Assembly (NCBI GenBank): GCA_034420955.1
Contig: DAOUKV010000016.1
Location: 10,119-74,118 of the forward strand
Length of the DNA stretch: 64,000 nt
Direction: 5' to 3'
From: Dehalococcoidia bacterium
Lineage (GTDB): Bacteria > Chloroflexota > Dehalococcoidia > Lucifugimonadales > UBA1123
A program made the translations under genes and the position numbers. The notes under the pieces were generated by a model. The model searched no databases. It was given only the letters and a program-made list of their open reading frames with translations, and was not told the DNA's origin. Shown piece after piece: positions 19,041 through 27,034 of this stretch. Position 1 is the stretch's first letter; every line of letters begins with the position of its first letter.

Positions 19041-20249
19041 TCACCCTTCCCTATCGGTGCGTATTCTCAGGATGGCGCCTGCGATTGCGAGGGACAGGGG
19101 CGTGAAGGAGACGACGGCGAGGGCTAGCGCGAGATCGCCCGTAACTTCCTGCACTACTCCGGTAACCAGCGGCCCCAGGAACGTGCCGAGCGACGCGAGC
19201 GTCATCACTAGCGAAGAGCCTATCGCCACCTCGCGCGGGCGTACGCCGGGGATGAAGAAGGGCACGGAGCTAAGTATGGGCCAGAAGCCCCAGCCAACGC
19301 CGTTGACGGCGCTTATCGCGAACAGCGCGGCCGGATGGTCGAGATAAGTCATCGCCAAGTACGTTGCCGCCATTAGCGCGCCCAGCAGCAGCAATACGTT
19401 GCGTCGCCCCGCTGCGCTCATGGGTATTATGGCAAAGCTGAGCGCGATGCCGGAGACGCCGCCGACCGCTATGCCCAGCCCTAGGATCGCGCCGGCCATG
19501 TTCAGCGACAGATCGCGCGTGGTGAGCATCAGAGTCGGGTAGAAGTTGAGAAAAGCCGACCAGCCCATCGTCGCGCCTGTGAATCCGAACCCGGCGATCC
19601 ACAGGTCGCGGTAGCCGAGAACGCGGCGCAGAACGGCGAGGTGTCCGCCGGTCGCGCGCTCCGGTTCCCGCGCGTCGGCGCGCTCGCGTCCGAGCGCCAT
19701 CCACAACAAGGTGAGGGCGACGATGGCGATGCAGAAGGTCAGCAGCACCGTCCGCCAGCTGTCGCGCGCGAGGGACAGGATCAGCGGAGTGGCGACCATG
19801 CCGCCGCCGACCACGATTCCGAACAGCGCGTTATAGACGCTGTTGACGATGATGAACTCGCGTGGGGCGAACCACTGGTGCATCAGCAGCGCGCGGGCGG
19901 GTTCGCGCGCCATTGTGGTTATGCCGAATCCGAGCCGTCCGGCGAGCAGCGTAGCATAGCCGGGCGACCACGCCTGAACCGCCATGAGCGCGGCGCCGGC
20001 GGCTAGCGTCGCCGTTACCAGCGCCTTCGGACGGAACTGGGAAGTCCACCAGCTTAGCGGCAGCGCGAGTACGAGGTTTCCGACGAACGCGGACGAACCG
20101 ACCAAGCCCTGCTGAGCGGGGCTGAGGCTCAGGTCGGCGCTGATGGACGGCAGCAGAATGCCGACGGTTATCGCCATCATGAACGAGGCGACGCTGGCTA
20201 CCAGCAGCAGACCTAGTATCGTCCACCTGTGGGTTAGCATCTTTCCCAT
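19041..20249 (-). CDS. MFS transporter
   Basis: The hydrophobic 12-TM protein starts at 'MGKMLTHRWTILGLLL'. The upstream 213 codons of the 615-aa ORF are Arg-rich, antisense to the SDR gene and cross a REP hairpin, so they were trimmed. Confidence 0.8.
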   Translation of the reverse strand: MGKMLTHRWTILGLLLVASVASFMMAITVGILLPSISADLSLSPAQQGLVGSSAFVGNLVLALPLSWWTSQFRPKALVTATLAAGAALMAVQAWSPGYATLLAGRLGFGITTMAREPARALLMHQWFAPREFIIVNSVYNALFGIVVGGGMVATPLILSLARDSWRTVLLTFCIAIVALTLLWMALGRERADAREPERATGGHLAVLRRVLGYRDLWIAGFGFTGATMGWSAFLNFYPTLMLTTRDLSLNMAGAILGLGIAVGGVSGIALSFAIIPMSAAGRRNVLLLLGALMAATYLAMTYLDHPAALFAISAVNGVGWGFWPILSSVPFFIPGVRPREVAIGSSLVMTLASLGTFLGPLVTGVVQEVTGDLALALAVVSFTPLSLAIAGAILRIRTDREG

Positions 20250-20314
20250 CGAGGCTGTCCCATTAGTAGGCGTTGTTTTGGGGAATCGCGCTTGGATATA
20301 GCTTGGCGCCCTGG

Positions 20315-20334
20315 ATTCCCGCTTTCGCGGGAAT
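20315..20334. repeat. REP-like hairpin (ATTCCCGC-TTTC-GCGGGAAT)
   Basis: Perfect 8-bp stem with a 4-nt loop in the divergent intergenic region. Its translation gives the familiar 'FPRKRES' pseudo-peptide seen where such elements are mis-called as ORFs. Confidence 0.5.
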
Positions 20335-20489
20335 GACGGTAGAGGACGGAAGCGGTTTCCATTATCTGAGCGCCGCCAATTCCGGTCAAGCGCTTGGCTT
20401 GCCCTTATAACGCAGACTGCCAACAATGTACAATTGGAACGGCCCGTCGGCAGGCGGCGGGCGACGCAGAACGCACACAGGAGCATGAT

Positions 20490-21281
20490 ATGGATTTGGC
20501 GCTTGAGGGCAAGGTAGCCCTGATTACGGGCGGAAGCAAGGGCATCGGCAAGGCTATCGCGCTGGAGCTGGCGCGCGAGGGCGTGGACGTGGCGATAGCG
20601 GCGCGCACGCAGGGCGATCTGGACGCGGCGACGGCGGAGATAGCGGCCGAGACGGGGCGCAAGGCTATCGGGATTCAGACCGACACGACCAGTTGGGACG
20701 ACGTGGAGAACATGGTCGCCACGACGGTATCCGAGCTTGGCGGCGTGGACATCCTGGTCAACAGCGCGGCGATGGTCGGCGGGCAGGTGCGCGGCACGCT
20801 CGAAGAGGCCCAGGAAAAAGACCTGATGGAGGATCTGGACACGAAGGTGGTTGGCTACTTCCGGTGCATCAAGGCCGCCGTTCCGCACATGAAGGCGAAG
20901 GGCTGGGGCCGCATCATCAGCATCGGCGGCGTGTCGGCGCGGCAGGCTACGATATACGGGCTAAGAAACGCGGCGGTCGTCCACATGACCAAGACGCTCT
21001 CAGACCAGCTTGGCGGCGACGGCATCACGCTCAACGTAATCCACCCCGGCCTTACGCTGTCCGAGGTGATCGAGGACCGGCTCAACTCGCAGGCGGAGTC
21101 GCAAGGCGTATCCCGCGAAGAGGTGAACAGCAGCGTCTCTGCGGGCGTCGCCATCGGGCGCCCGATAGACCCGCAGGAGCTCGCGTGGCTCGCGGCGTAC
21201 CTGGCGTCTCCGAAGGCGGAGTGCATCACCGGCGAGGTGATCGCGGCCGGCGGCGGCGCGAAGGGCGCGGTGCACCAGTAG
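20490..21281 (+). CDS. SDR family oxidoreductase
   Basis: 'ITGGSKGIGKA' and 'NSAA' motifs. Start moved to ATG 20490 (MDLALEGK). Confidence 0.8.
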   Translation: MDLALEGKVALITGGSKGIGKAIALELAREGVDVAIAARTQGDLDAATAEIAAETGRKAIGIQTDTTSWDDVENMVATTVSELGGVDILVNSAAMVGGQVRGTLEEAQEKDLMEDLDTKVVGYFRCIKAAVPHMKAKGWGRIISIGGVSARQATIYGLRNAAVVHMTKTLSDQLGGDGITLNVIHPGLTLSEVIEDRLNSQAESQGVSREEVNSSVSAGVAIGRPIDPQELAWLAAYLASPKAECITGEVIAAGGGAKGAVHQ

Positions 21282-21345
21282 AATTGCGACACTCGCTTGG
21301 CTGTGCTATTCTGCCGGTGAAATTCACAAGCGGGCGGGTTGCCAC

Positions 21346-21672
21346 ATGATTAGCTTCAACTGCATCATCCAAGAAGGCGTTATCGAAGACGAGCTGAGGC
21401 CCTGCCTCGTGGCGGAGTTGGCCCAGGCGAGCGTTTCCATACTAGGCGGGGATCCGAGCGAGGTGGAGGTCAAGTTCGCGGTCATACCGCACGGCTACGG
21501 CTTTAGAGGCGGCGAGCTTTCGACGACGTCCATGGTGCGCGGAACGGTTACGCCGGGCTGTCCTGATCAGGAGACGCGCGTGCGGCTGATGCAGGCGATA
21601 TCCGACGCTTGGATGGGACAGACCGGCTGCTCGGTGGACGAGTTGGTAGTATCCGCGCGCGACAGTCAGTAG
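21346..21672 (+). CDS. Hypothetical protein, possibly tautomerase-fold paralogue lacking Pro1
   Basis: 108 aa. The beta-alpha-beta pattern 'LVAELAQASVSILGGDPSEVEVKFAVIPHGYGFRGGE' resembles the neighbouring tautomerase-family gene but begins MIS rather than MP. Confidence 0.45.
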   Translation: MISFNCIIQEGVIEDELRPCLVAELAQASVSILGGDPSEVEVKFAVIPHGYGFRGGELSTTSMVRGTVTPGCPDQETRVRLMQAISDAWMGQTGCSVDELVVSARDSQ

Positions 21673-21762
21673 CGCCGACGAAGAGATAAGAGATGGGATA
21701 TAGGAGATAGGGACGCCCGCTCCTGTCCTCCCCAATCGAGAGAGACACGACGAGGAGAGACA

Positions 21763-22167
21763 ATGCCATTCTACAAGTGCATAGTACCGGACAAGGAATC
21801 CATCCCGTTCGAGCAGCGGCAGGCGGTAGCCACGGCGTTCACGGACGTTCACTGCGGCTCGACCAACGCGCCGCGCAGCTTCGTCCACGTCGCGTTCTAC
21901 GACAGCGCGGAGTACGACGACGACTTCGCCGAGCCGTACTACATAGACGGCGGCAACCGCGCGGGCAGGCCGGTGGAGCAGCGCGAGCAGCTGCTGACCG
22001 ATCTGAAAGCCGCGTTCCTCCGGATCACCGGCGTCCCTGTCGACCAGCTTGGCGGACGCATCACGGAAGGCCCCGCGTCCCACACTATGGAGGGCGGCAT
22101 GGTACTGCCCGAGCCTGGCCAGGAAGGCCCGGAGTGGTACGAGCACGACAGCCGGGCGGCTGACTAG
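21763..22167 (+). CDS. Tautomerase superfamily protein (Tautomerase_3-like)
   Basis: Begins 'MPFYKC' (Pro1 after Met removal), followed by 'AFTDVHCGSTNAPRSFVHVAF'. Confidence 0.65.
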   Translation: MPFYKCIVPDKESIPFEQRQAVATAFTDVHCGSTNAPRSFVHVAFYDSAEYDDDFAEPYYIDGGNRAGRPVEQREQLLTDLKAAFLRITGVPVDQLGGRITEGPASHTMEGGMVLPEPGQEGPEWYEHDSRAAD

Positions 22168-22268
22168 CAAGCGCGAACAAGTTAGCGAGCACAACCCATC
22201 CAATCACTCGCGGAGCTGATCGCAATGGGAGTGAATGGATGGATTGTTTCATTTGCTAGGAGCATATC

Positions 22269-23399
22269 ATGACAACCGAAGTCGTCAATGATCAAGAGGA
22301 ACAAGATGACCTGCAGGCTGACGAGGAACAGATTGCGGGCATAGACGCGGAAGACGATGGCTCTTGGGGCGATTACCCGATTGACGAGTTTCTCATACGC
22401 CACGAAAACAGATCCGTTGATACTATAGTCCGTCGTATCAACAACGGAGGATACCTTATGGATCCCGACTTCCAGCGGGACTTTATCTGGGACGAGGACA
22501 AGCAGAGTAAACTTATCGAATCTGTATTGTTGAGAATTCCGCTTCCAGTATTCTATTTGGCAGAAAATGAAGATGGGCGAGTCGTAGTTGTAGATGGCTT
22601 GCAGCGCCTGTCTACCTTCCAGCGTTTTCTAAATGATGAACTTGCTTTGCGTCTTCCGGATAGGCTTGAACTCAACGGCAAGAAATTTGATCAGCTACCC
22701 CCAAAGCTTCAGAATCGCGTTGAGGACTGCAATCTGACTCTGTACACTATAGACTCTAAAGTCCCTGAACGCGCTCGGTTAGACATTTTCGAAAGGGTTA
22801 ATGGTGGCATCCCACTCACTAGACAGCAGATGCGTAATTGTCTCTATATGGGACCGGCAACCCGTTTCTTGAAGGAAGAAGCTAACACATCTTTATTCCT
22901 TGAGACTACAACGCGGAGTCTCAAAAGTGCGACAATGCGTGATCGTGAATTCGTGAATCGATTTTGCGCCTTCCAAATACTTCCTGTTGACAGTTACAGG
23001 GGGGACATGGATAATTTCTTAGCACTCACCCTGAAGAAAATGAACGGGATGACGCAAAGTGAACTGAGTGTTCTTTCCAAGCAGTTTCGAGCCAGCCTCA
23101 AAAACAACAAAGATGTGTTCGGACGCTATTCTTTCAGGAAGCATACGAGTCCACACGGACGCAGAAGCGTTCTGAACGCTTCTCTGTGGGATGTGATGTC
23201 AACTGGGCTGTCACACTATTCTACTGACTTGGTTCAAGCACGTTCGACACATCTACGACAGAAGTTCTATCAGCTGATTAAGGATTACGAATTTTCAAGG
23301 AGTATAACGTATGGAACTAATGGGGTAAACCAAGTCAAGCATCGGTTTGAGACAGCCCGGGCAATGTTCTCGGAGGTATTGGGTGATTACACGGATTGA
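22269..23399 (+). CDS. DUF262 (ParB/Srx-fold, GmrSD N-terminal-like) domain protein
   Basis: 'DPDFQRDFIWDEDKQSKLIESVLLRIPLPVFYL....VVVDGLQRLSTF' matches the DUF262 FQR...W / DGxQR signature. Acidic N-terminal tail, AGGAG Shine-Dalgarno, AT-richer than the flanks. Confidence 0.85.
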   Translation: MTTEVVNDQEEQDDLQADEEQIAGIDAEDDGSWGDYPIDEFLIRHENRSVDTIVRRINNGGYLMDPDFQRDFIWDEDKQSKLIESVLLRIPLPVFYLAENEDGRVVVVDGLQRLSTFQRFLNDELALRLPDRLELNGKKFDQLPPKLQNRVEDCNLTLYTIDSKVPERARLDIFERVNGGIPLTRQQMRNCLYMGPATRFLKEEANTSLFLETTTRSLKSATMRDREFVNRFCAFQILPVDSYRGDMDNFLALTLKKMNGMTQSELSVLSKQFRASLKNNKDVFGRYSFRKHTSPHGRRSVLNASLWDVMSTGLSHYSTDLVQARSTHLRQKFYQLIKDYEFSRSITYGTNGVNQVKHRFETARAMFSEVLGDYTD

Positions 23400-24558
23400 T
23401 CTGGACACCTTCAAGTGTTTCGAGATTCTCAGGCTGCCATTAGGGAAACTTACGCTGCTTTCCGGAGCCAACGCTTCGGGCAAGTCATCTGTTCTCCAAG
23501 CTCTTGCGCTACTGAACCAGACATTGACAGAGAATGAATGGTCCACATCCCTAATTCTCAACGGGGTACTGGTTCAACTTGGCACAGTTCTGGATGTGGT
23601 GGATCAGGTGAATGCGCGGACTAAGTGCGGAATTGGGCTCGTGGAAGATGACATCCAAGAGTTAAAATGGTTCTTCACAGGTGACCGGCGCGATCTTTCG
23701 ATGAAGATAGAGCGGGTTATTACGCCTTGGATAGATACAGTGGAAGTAACGGAATATGATCCATCGCTACACTACATGATACCCCAACGGATTGACAGTC
23801 CAGATCGGGTTGACCAAATGGATTGGCCTCCCAATATGATGTGGTCCCTGCGAACTATGACCTACATTTCAGCGGAAAGGTCAGGCCCCCGTCAGATTTA
23901 TGAAGTCTTCGATCCTTTGACAAACCCCACAGTCGGACCTACAGGTGAATATGCTGTAAGCGTCCTTCACGCCAAGCGTGACGATGGGCCATTACCATCA
24001 TTGGTTCTACCTAATGAAACCGTGTCCACATTGAGACAGACGGAAGCTCGGATGCGGACTTTCTTTCCAGGCTGTGAATTGGACATTCAAGAAGTAGAAC
24101 ACGCGAACGTCGTAACACTGGGCGTCCGCACATCCCGTGAAACTTCCTTCTTTCGTCCAATCCATACAGGATTTGGACTCACTCAGATTCTGCCAATCAT
24201 CGTTGCAGCTATGACTGCCAGTGAGGGTAGCATATTGCTCGTAGAGAACCCTGAGATACACCTTCACCCGGCGGGACAGGCACTTATGGGACAGTTCATG
24301 ACTGAAGTGGCAGCTGCAGGCGTACAGGTGATCCTGGAAACTCACAGCGACCACGTTCTAAACGGAGTCCGCCGCGCGGTTAAAGCAGGCGAACTGCCGC
24401 CTGAAGACGTTGCTATCCATTTCTTCAGGCCGCGCTCCGAGGGTGAGCCTCAAGTCATTAGCCCTACACTCGACCCGACTGGCAACATTGATCACTGGCC
24501 GGACGGCTTCTTTGATCAGTTTGACAAAGATATGAACCACTTCGCGGGGTGGGAGTAA
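23383..24558 (+). CDS. AAA/ABC-type ATPase with DUF3696-like C-terminal domain
   Basis: Walker A 'SGANASGKSS', 'LLVENPEIHLHP', 'ETHSDHVLN', and C-terminal 'IDHWPDGFFDQF'. Start uncertain: GTG 23383 overlaps the DUF262 stop by 17 nt, and the track start TTG 23347 is also possible. Confidence 0.8.
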   Translation: MITRIDLDTFKCFEILRLPLGKLTLLSGANASGKSSVLQALALLNQTLTENEWSTSLILNGVLVQLGTVLDVVDQVNARTKCGIGLVEDDIQELKWFFTGDRRDLSMKIERVITPWIDTVEVTEYDPSLHYMIPQRIDSPDRVDQMDWPPNMMWSLRTMTYISAERSGPRQIYEVFDPLTNPTVGPTGEYAVSVLHAKRDDGPLPSLVLPNETVSTLRQTEARMRTFFPGCELDIQEVEHANVVTLGVRTSRETSFFRPIHTGFGLTQILPIIVAAMTASEGSILLVENPEIHLHPAGQALMGQFMTEVAAAGVQVILETHSDHVLNGVRRAVKAGELPPEDVAIHFFRPRSEGEPQVISPTLDPTGNIDHWPDGFFDQFDKDMNHFAGWE

Positions 24559-24562
24559 TCAG

Positions 24563-25516
24563 GTGGATTTGATAGCAAACGACCTGTCGTTCCAAGGCAA
24601 GTTACATAGTTTCGGGGAGTTCAGCCAGTCTCTAAAACGTTTCATGGGCTTGCGCGCCATCGCTGACAGATATGGTTACGAAGTATTCTGCCACCGCAAC
24701 ATTGCAGATACACAAGTTATGCTCAAGATGAATATGCGGCAGGCGGTAAACAGACTGCCGATATCAAATCGCAGAGCATTCATGAACTGGCTAACCAGAC
24801 GAGGCCCGTTCTGGGAAGACCAGAGAGTTCATGGCCCCGACGACTACCTAGAATGCAATGGCGAAATTGTTACCGACACGGCGATAGGTGAAGCCGCATT
24901 CAATTGTCTGCGCGGGCTGGATTACCGTTTAGTGAGCATGGCTCCGTCTTCATGGACATTCTCACCCGTGTCTGTACGGCTGTGCCAGAATGAATTGGAA
25001 GAGGATGCTATTGAGGTAGTGAACTACTGGACTTCCGATGAATTGGAATCGGCACTTGAATCTGAACCTGTGGTGATGAATACTTGGGATGATGTGCGGG
25101 AACTGGCCGAGAATCGCTTCCGGAATCTAACGTTTACTCCAGAATGTTTCGCTCCCATTCAAGGGCACCCCTTCGTCAAGTCCGCGGCTGGGCGTATTGT
25201 TGAACGTCTGGCAACGCTTGACACACTGAAAGACTGCTTTGACGCGCGTGGAATGCGAACCACAGAGGGGCACCGCCTCATCCAAGACAGATTCACCGGA
25301 GCCAGTGCTCCATTCTCAGATTCATCGGATACGGAGAAAAGGAAGTATCGCTCGGAACTGACGTTTTCCGCACCGGATACGGGCGACAGTCTATTCTGTA
25401 CGTGGCACGGCAAGATCCGCGGCAGACCGCCATTGAGAATCCATTTCACTTGGCCCGTTGCCGCTACGTCCAAGCTATACGTAGCGTACGTCGGTCCCAA
25501 GATTACGCGTGGTTGA
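24563..25516 (+). CDS. Hypothetical 317-aa protein, third gene of the DUF262/ATPase operon
   Basis: GTG start 4 nt after the ATPase stop, with the same AT-richer composition. No motif I can assign. Followed by a hairpin. Confidence 0.65.
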   Translation: MDLIANDLSFQGKLHSFGEFSQSLKRFMGLRAIADRYGYEVFCHRNIADTQVMLKMNMRQAVNRLPISNRRAFMNWLTRRGPFWEDQRVHGPDDYLECNGEIVTDTAIGEAAFNCLRGLDYRLVSMAPSSWTFSPVSVRLCQNELEEDAIEVVNYWTSDELESALESEPVVMNTWDDVRELAENRFRNLTFTPECFAPIQGHPFVKSAAGRIVERLATLDTLKDCFDARGMRTTEGHRLIQDRFTGASAPFSDSSDTEKRKYRSELTFSAPDTGDSLFCTWHGKIRGRPPLRIHFTWPVAATSKLYVAYVGPKITRG

Positions 25517-25536
25517 GTTGGTATGCCGAGGTAGCA

Positions 25537-25562
25537 GCGGGGGCGAAACATAATCGCCCCGC
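25537..25562. terminator. Hairpin between convergent genes (possible bidirectional terminator)
   Basis: GCGGGGGCGA-aacataa-TCGCCCCGC lies between the stop of the 24563-25516 gene and the stop of the aminotransferase gene. Confidence 0.45.
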
Positions 25563-25579
25563 CGCTAGGTATGGCTCGC

Positions 25580-26938
25580 CTAAAGCTGCCCCTGCACCTC
25601 TTCTAGGGTGCTGTCCAGCGCCTTTACTACGAAGTCAACTTCGTCTTTGGTGATGGTTAGGGGCGGCGACAGGGAGATGATGTCGCCGGCGCGTCCGAGC
25701 AGGCCGTTCCTTTCCATGATGGCGGTCAGCTTCGTGGCTAGCTGCGCCTCGGCGGGATAGCGCTCCTTGGTGTCGCGGTCCTGGACCAATTCGACGGCGG
25801 CGAGCAGGCCCATGCCGCCGCGCACGTCGCCCACCATGGGATGTTCGTAGAGGGTCTGGAGCTGCTCGTAGAGATAGTCGCCCATTTCGGCGGAGTTCTC
25901 GACAACGCCTTCGTTCTCCATGATCTCCAGGTTGGCGAGGCCGGCGGCGCAGGACGCGGGGTTGCCGCCGAAGGTGATGAGGTGGCGCAGCATGTTGTCT
26001 TCGCCGAGGAAGTTGTCTGCGACCTTCTTGGAGGCGACGGCGGCTCCTATGGGCAGGTAGCCGCTGGTGAGCGCCTTGGCGACGGTGAAGATGTCGGGCT
26101 GGATGTCCCACTGCTCGGTGGCGAACATCTTGCCGGTGCGCCCGAATCCTGTTATCACTTCGTCGCAGATCATGATGACGCCGTACTTGTCGCATATCTC
26201 GCGGATGCGCGGCCAGTAGCCCGGATCGGGTACATGGATGCCGTTGGCGGCCGATATGGGCTCGCCGATGAATGCGGCGACGGTGTGCGCTCCCTCGTGC
26301 TGAATGGTGCGCTCCAGCTCCTCGGCGCACTCCATGTCGGAGTGGGGGCCGCGGTAGGCGTTGGGGTTGGCTATATGTATGTTGCCGGGCTGAAGGGGGC
26401 CATAGTCGGCGCCGCCGGCCGTGCCGCTGCCGCCCAGCGCCATGCAGGCGTGCGTGGCGCCGTGATACGAGCCGCGCCTGCTGATGACCTTGTAGCGCGT
26501 CGGCTCGCCGTTGTTCTTGTGGTACGCCTTCGCCATCTTCAGCGCGGTCTCTACCGCCTCGGAGCCGCCGCTGGTGAAATAGACGCGGGAGTCCTTATCG
26601 GGCGAAAGGGACGCCACCTTGGCCGCCAGCTTCACGGTCGCCGGGCTTACGGTGCCGCCGGGCGAGTAGCTGACCTCTTGCATCTGCGCGAACACGGCGT
26701 CGGCGATCTCCTTGCGCCCGTGTCCGATGTTCTTCAGCCACATTCCGGCGAGGGTATCCACCCAGCGGTTGCCCTGCCCGTCATAGACCCATACGCCCTC
26801 GGCTTCGGTAACCAGCTTGATGCCGGTCTCCTCGGACATGTCTCCCATGGGTCGGGAGTGAGGCCAGAAGTGCGCCTCTCCGAGTTGCTTTAGCTCTTCA
26901 ATCTCCTCGCCACTCAGCCTAGCCTCTGCTGCGACCAT
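25580..26938 (-). CDS. Class III (omega-type) aminotransferase
   Basis: 'FTSGGSEAVETALK', 'DEVITGFGRTG' and 'TVAKALTSGYLP' (PLP lysine) motifs. Start moved to ATG 26938. Confidence 0.85.
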   Translation of the reverse strand: MVAAEARLSGEEIEELKQLGEAHFWPHSRPMGDMSEETGIKLVTEAEGVWVYDGQGNRWVDTLAGMWLKNIGHGRKEIADAVFAQMQEVSYSPGGTVSPATVKLAAKVASLSPDKDSRVYFTSGGSEAVETALKMAKAYHKNNGEPTRYKVISRRGSYHGATHACMALGGSGTAGGADYGPLQPGNIHIANPNAYRGPHSDMECAEELERTIQHEGAHTVAAFIGEPISAANGIHVPDPGYWPRIREICDKYGVIMICDEVITGFGRTGKMFATEQWDIQPDIFTVAKALTSGYLPIGAAVASKKVADNFLGEDNMLRHLITFGGNPASCAAGLANLEIMENEGVVENSAEMGDYLYEQLQTLYEHPMVGDVRGGMGLLAAVELVQDRDTKERYPAEAQLATKLTAIMERNGLLGRAGDIISLSPPLTITKDEVDFVVKALDSTLEEVQGQL

Positions 26939-27034
26939 GCGTTGTCTCCTTGCTTGCGCTTGGGGTTTACAACCATCTCCCGCCGCCAGTTGGGGCGGTT
27001 GGAGTAATGGTAGCACAAGTTGGGAGCGTGGGGA

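Noticed and set aside
20250-20888. N-terminal 213-codon extension of the 615-aa ORF 19041-20888
   Set aside because: The extension is non-hydrophobic and Arg-rich, crosses the REP hairpin at 20315-20334, and is antisense to the SDR gene. The MFS protein begins sensibly at MGKMLTHRW (20249).
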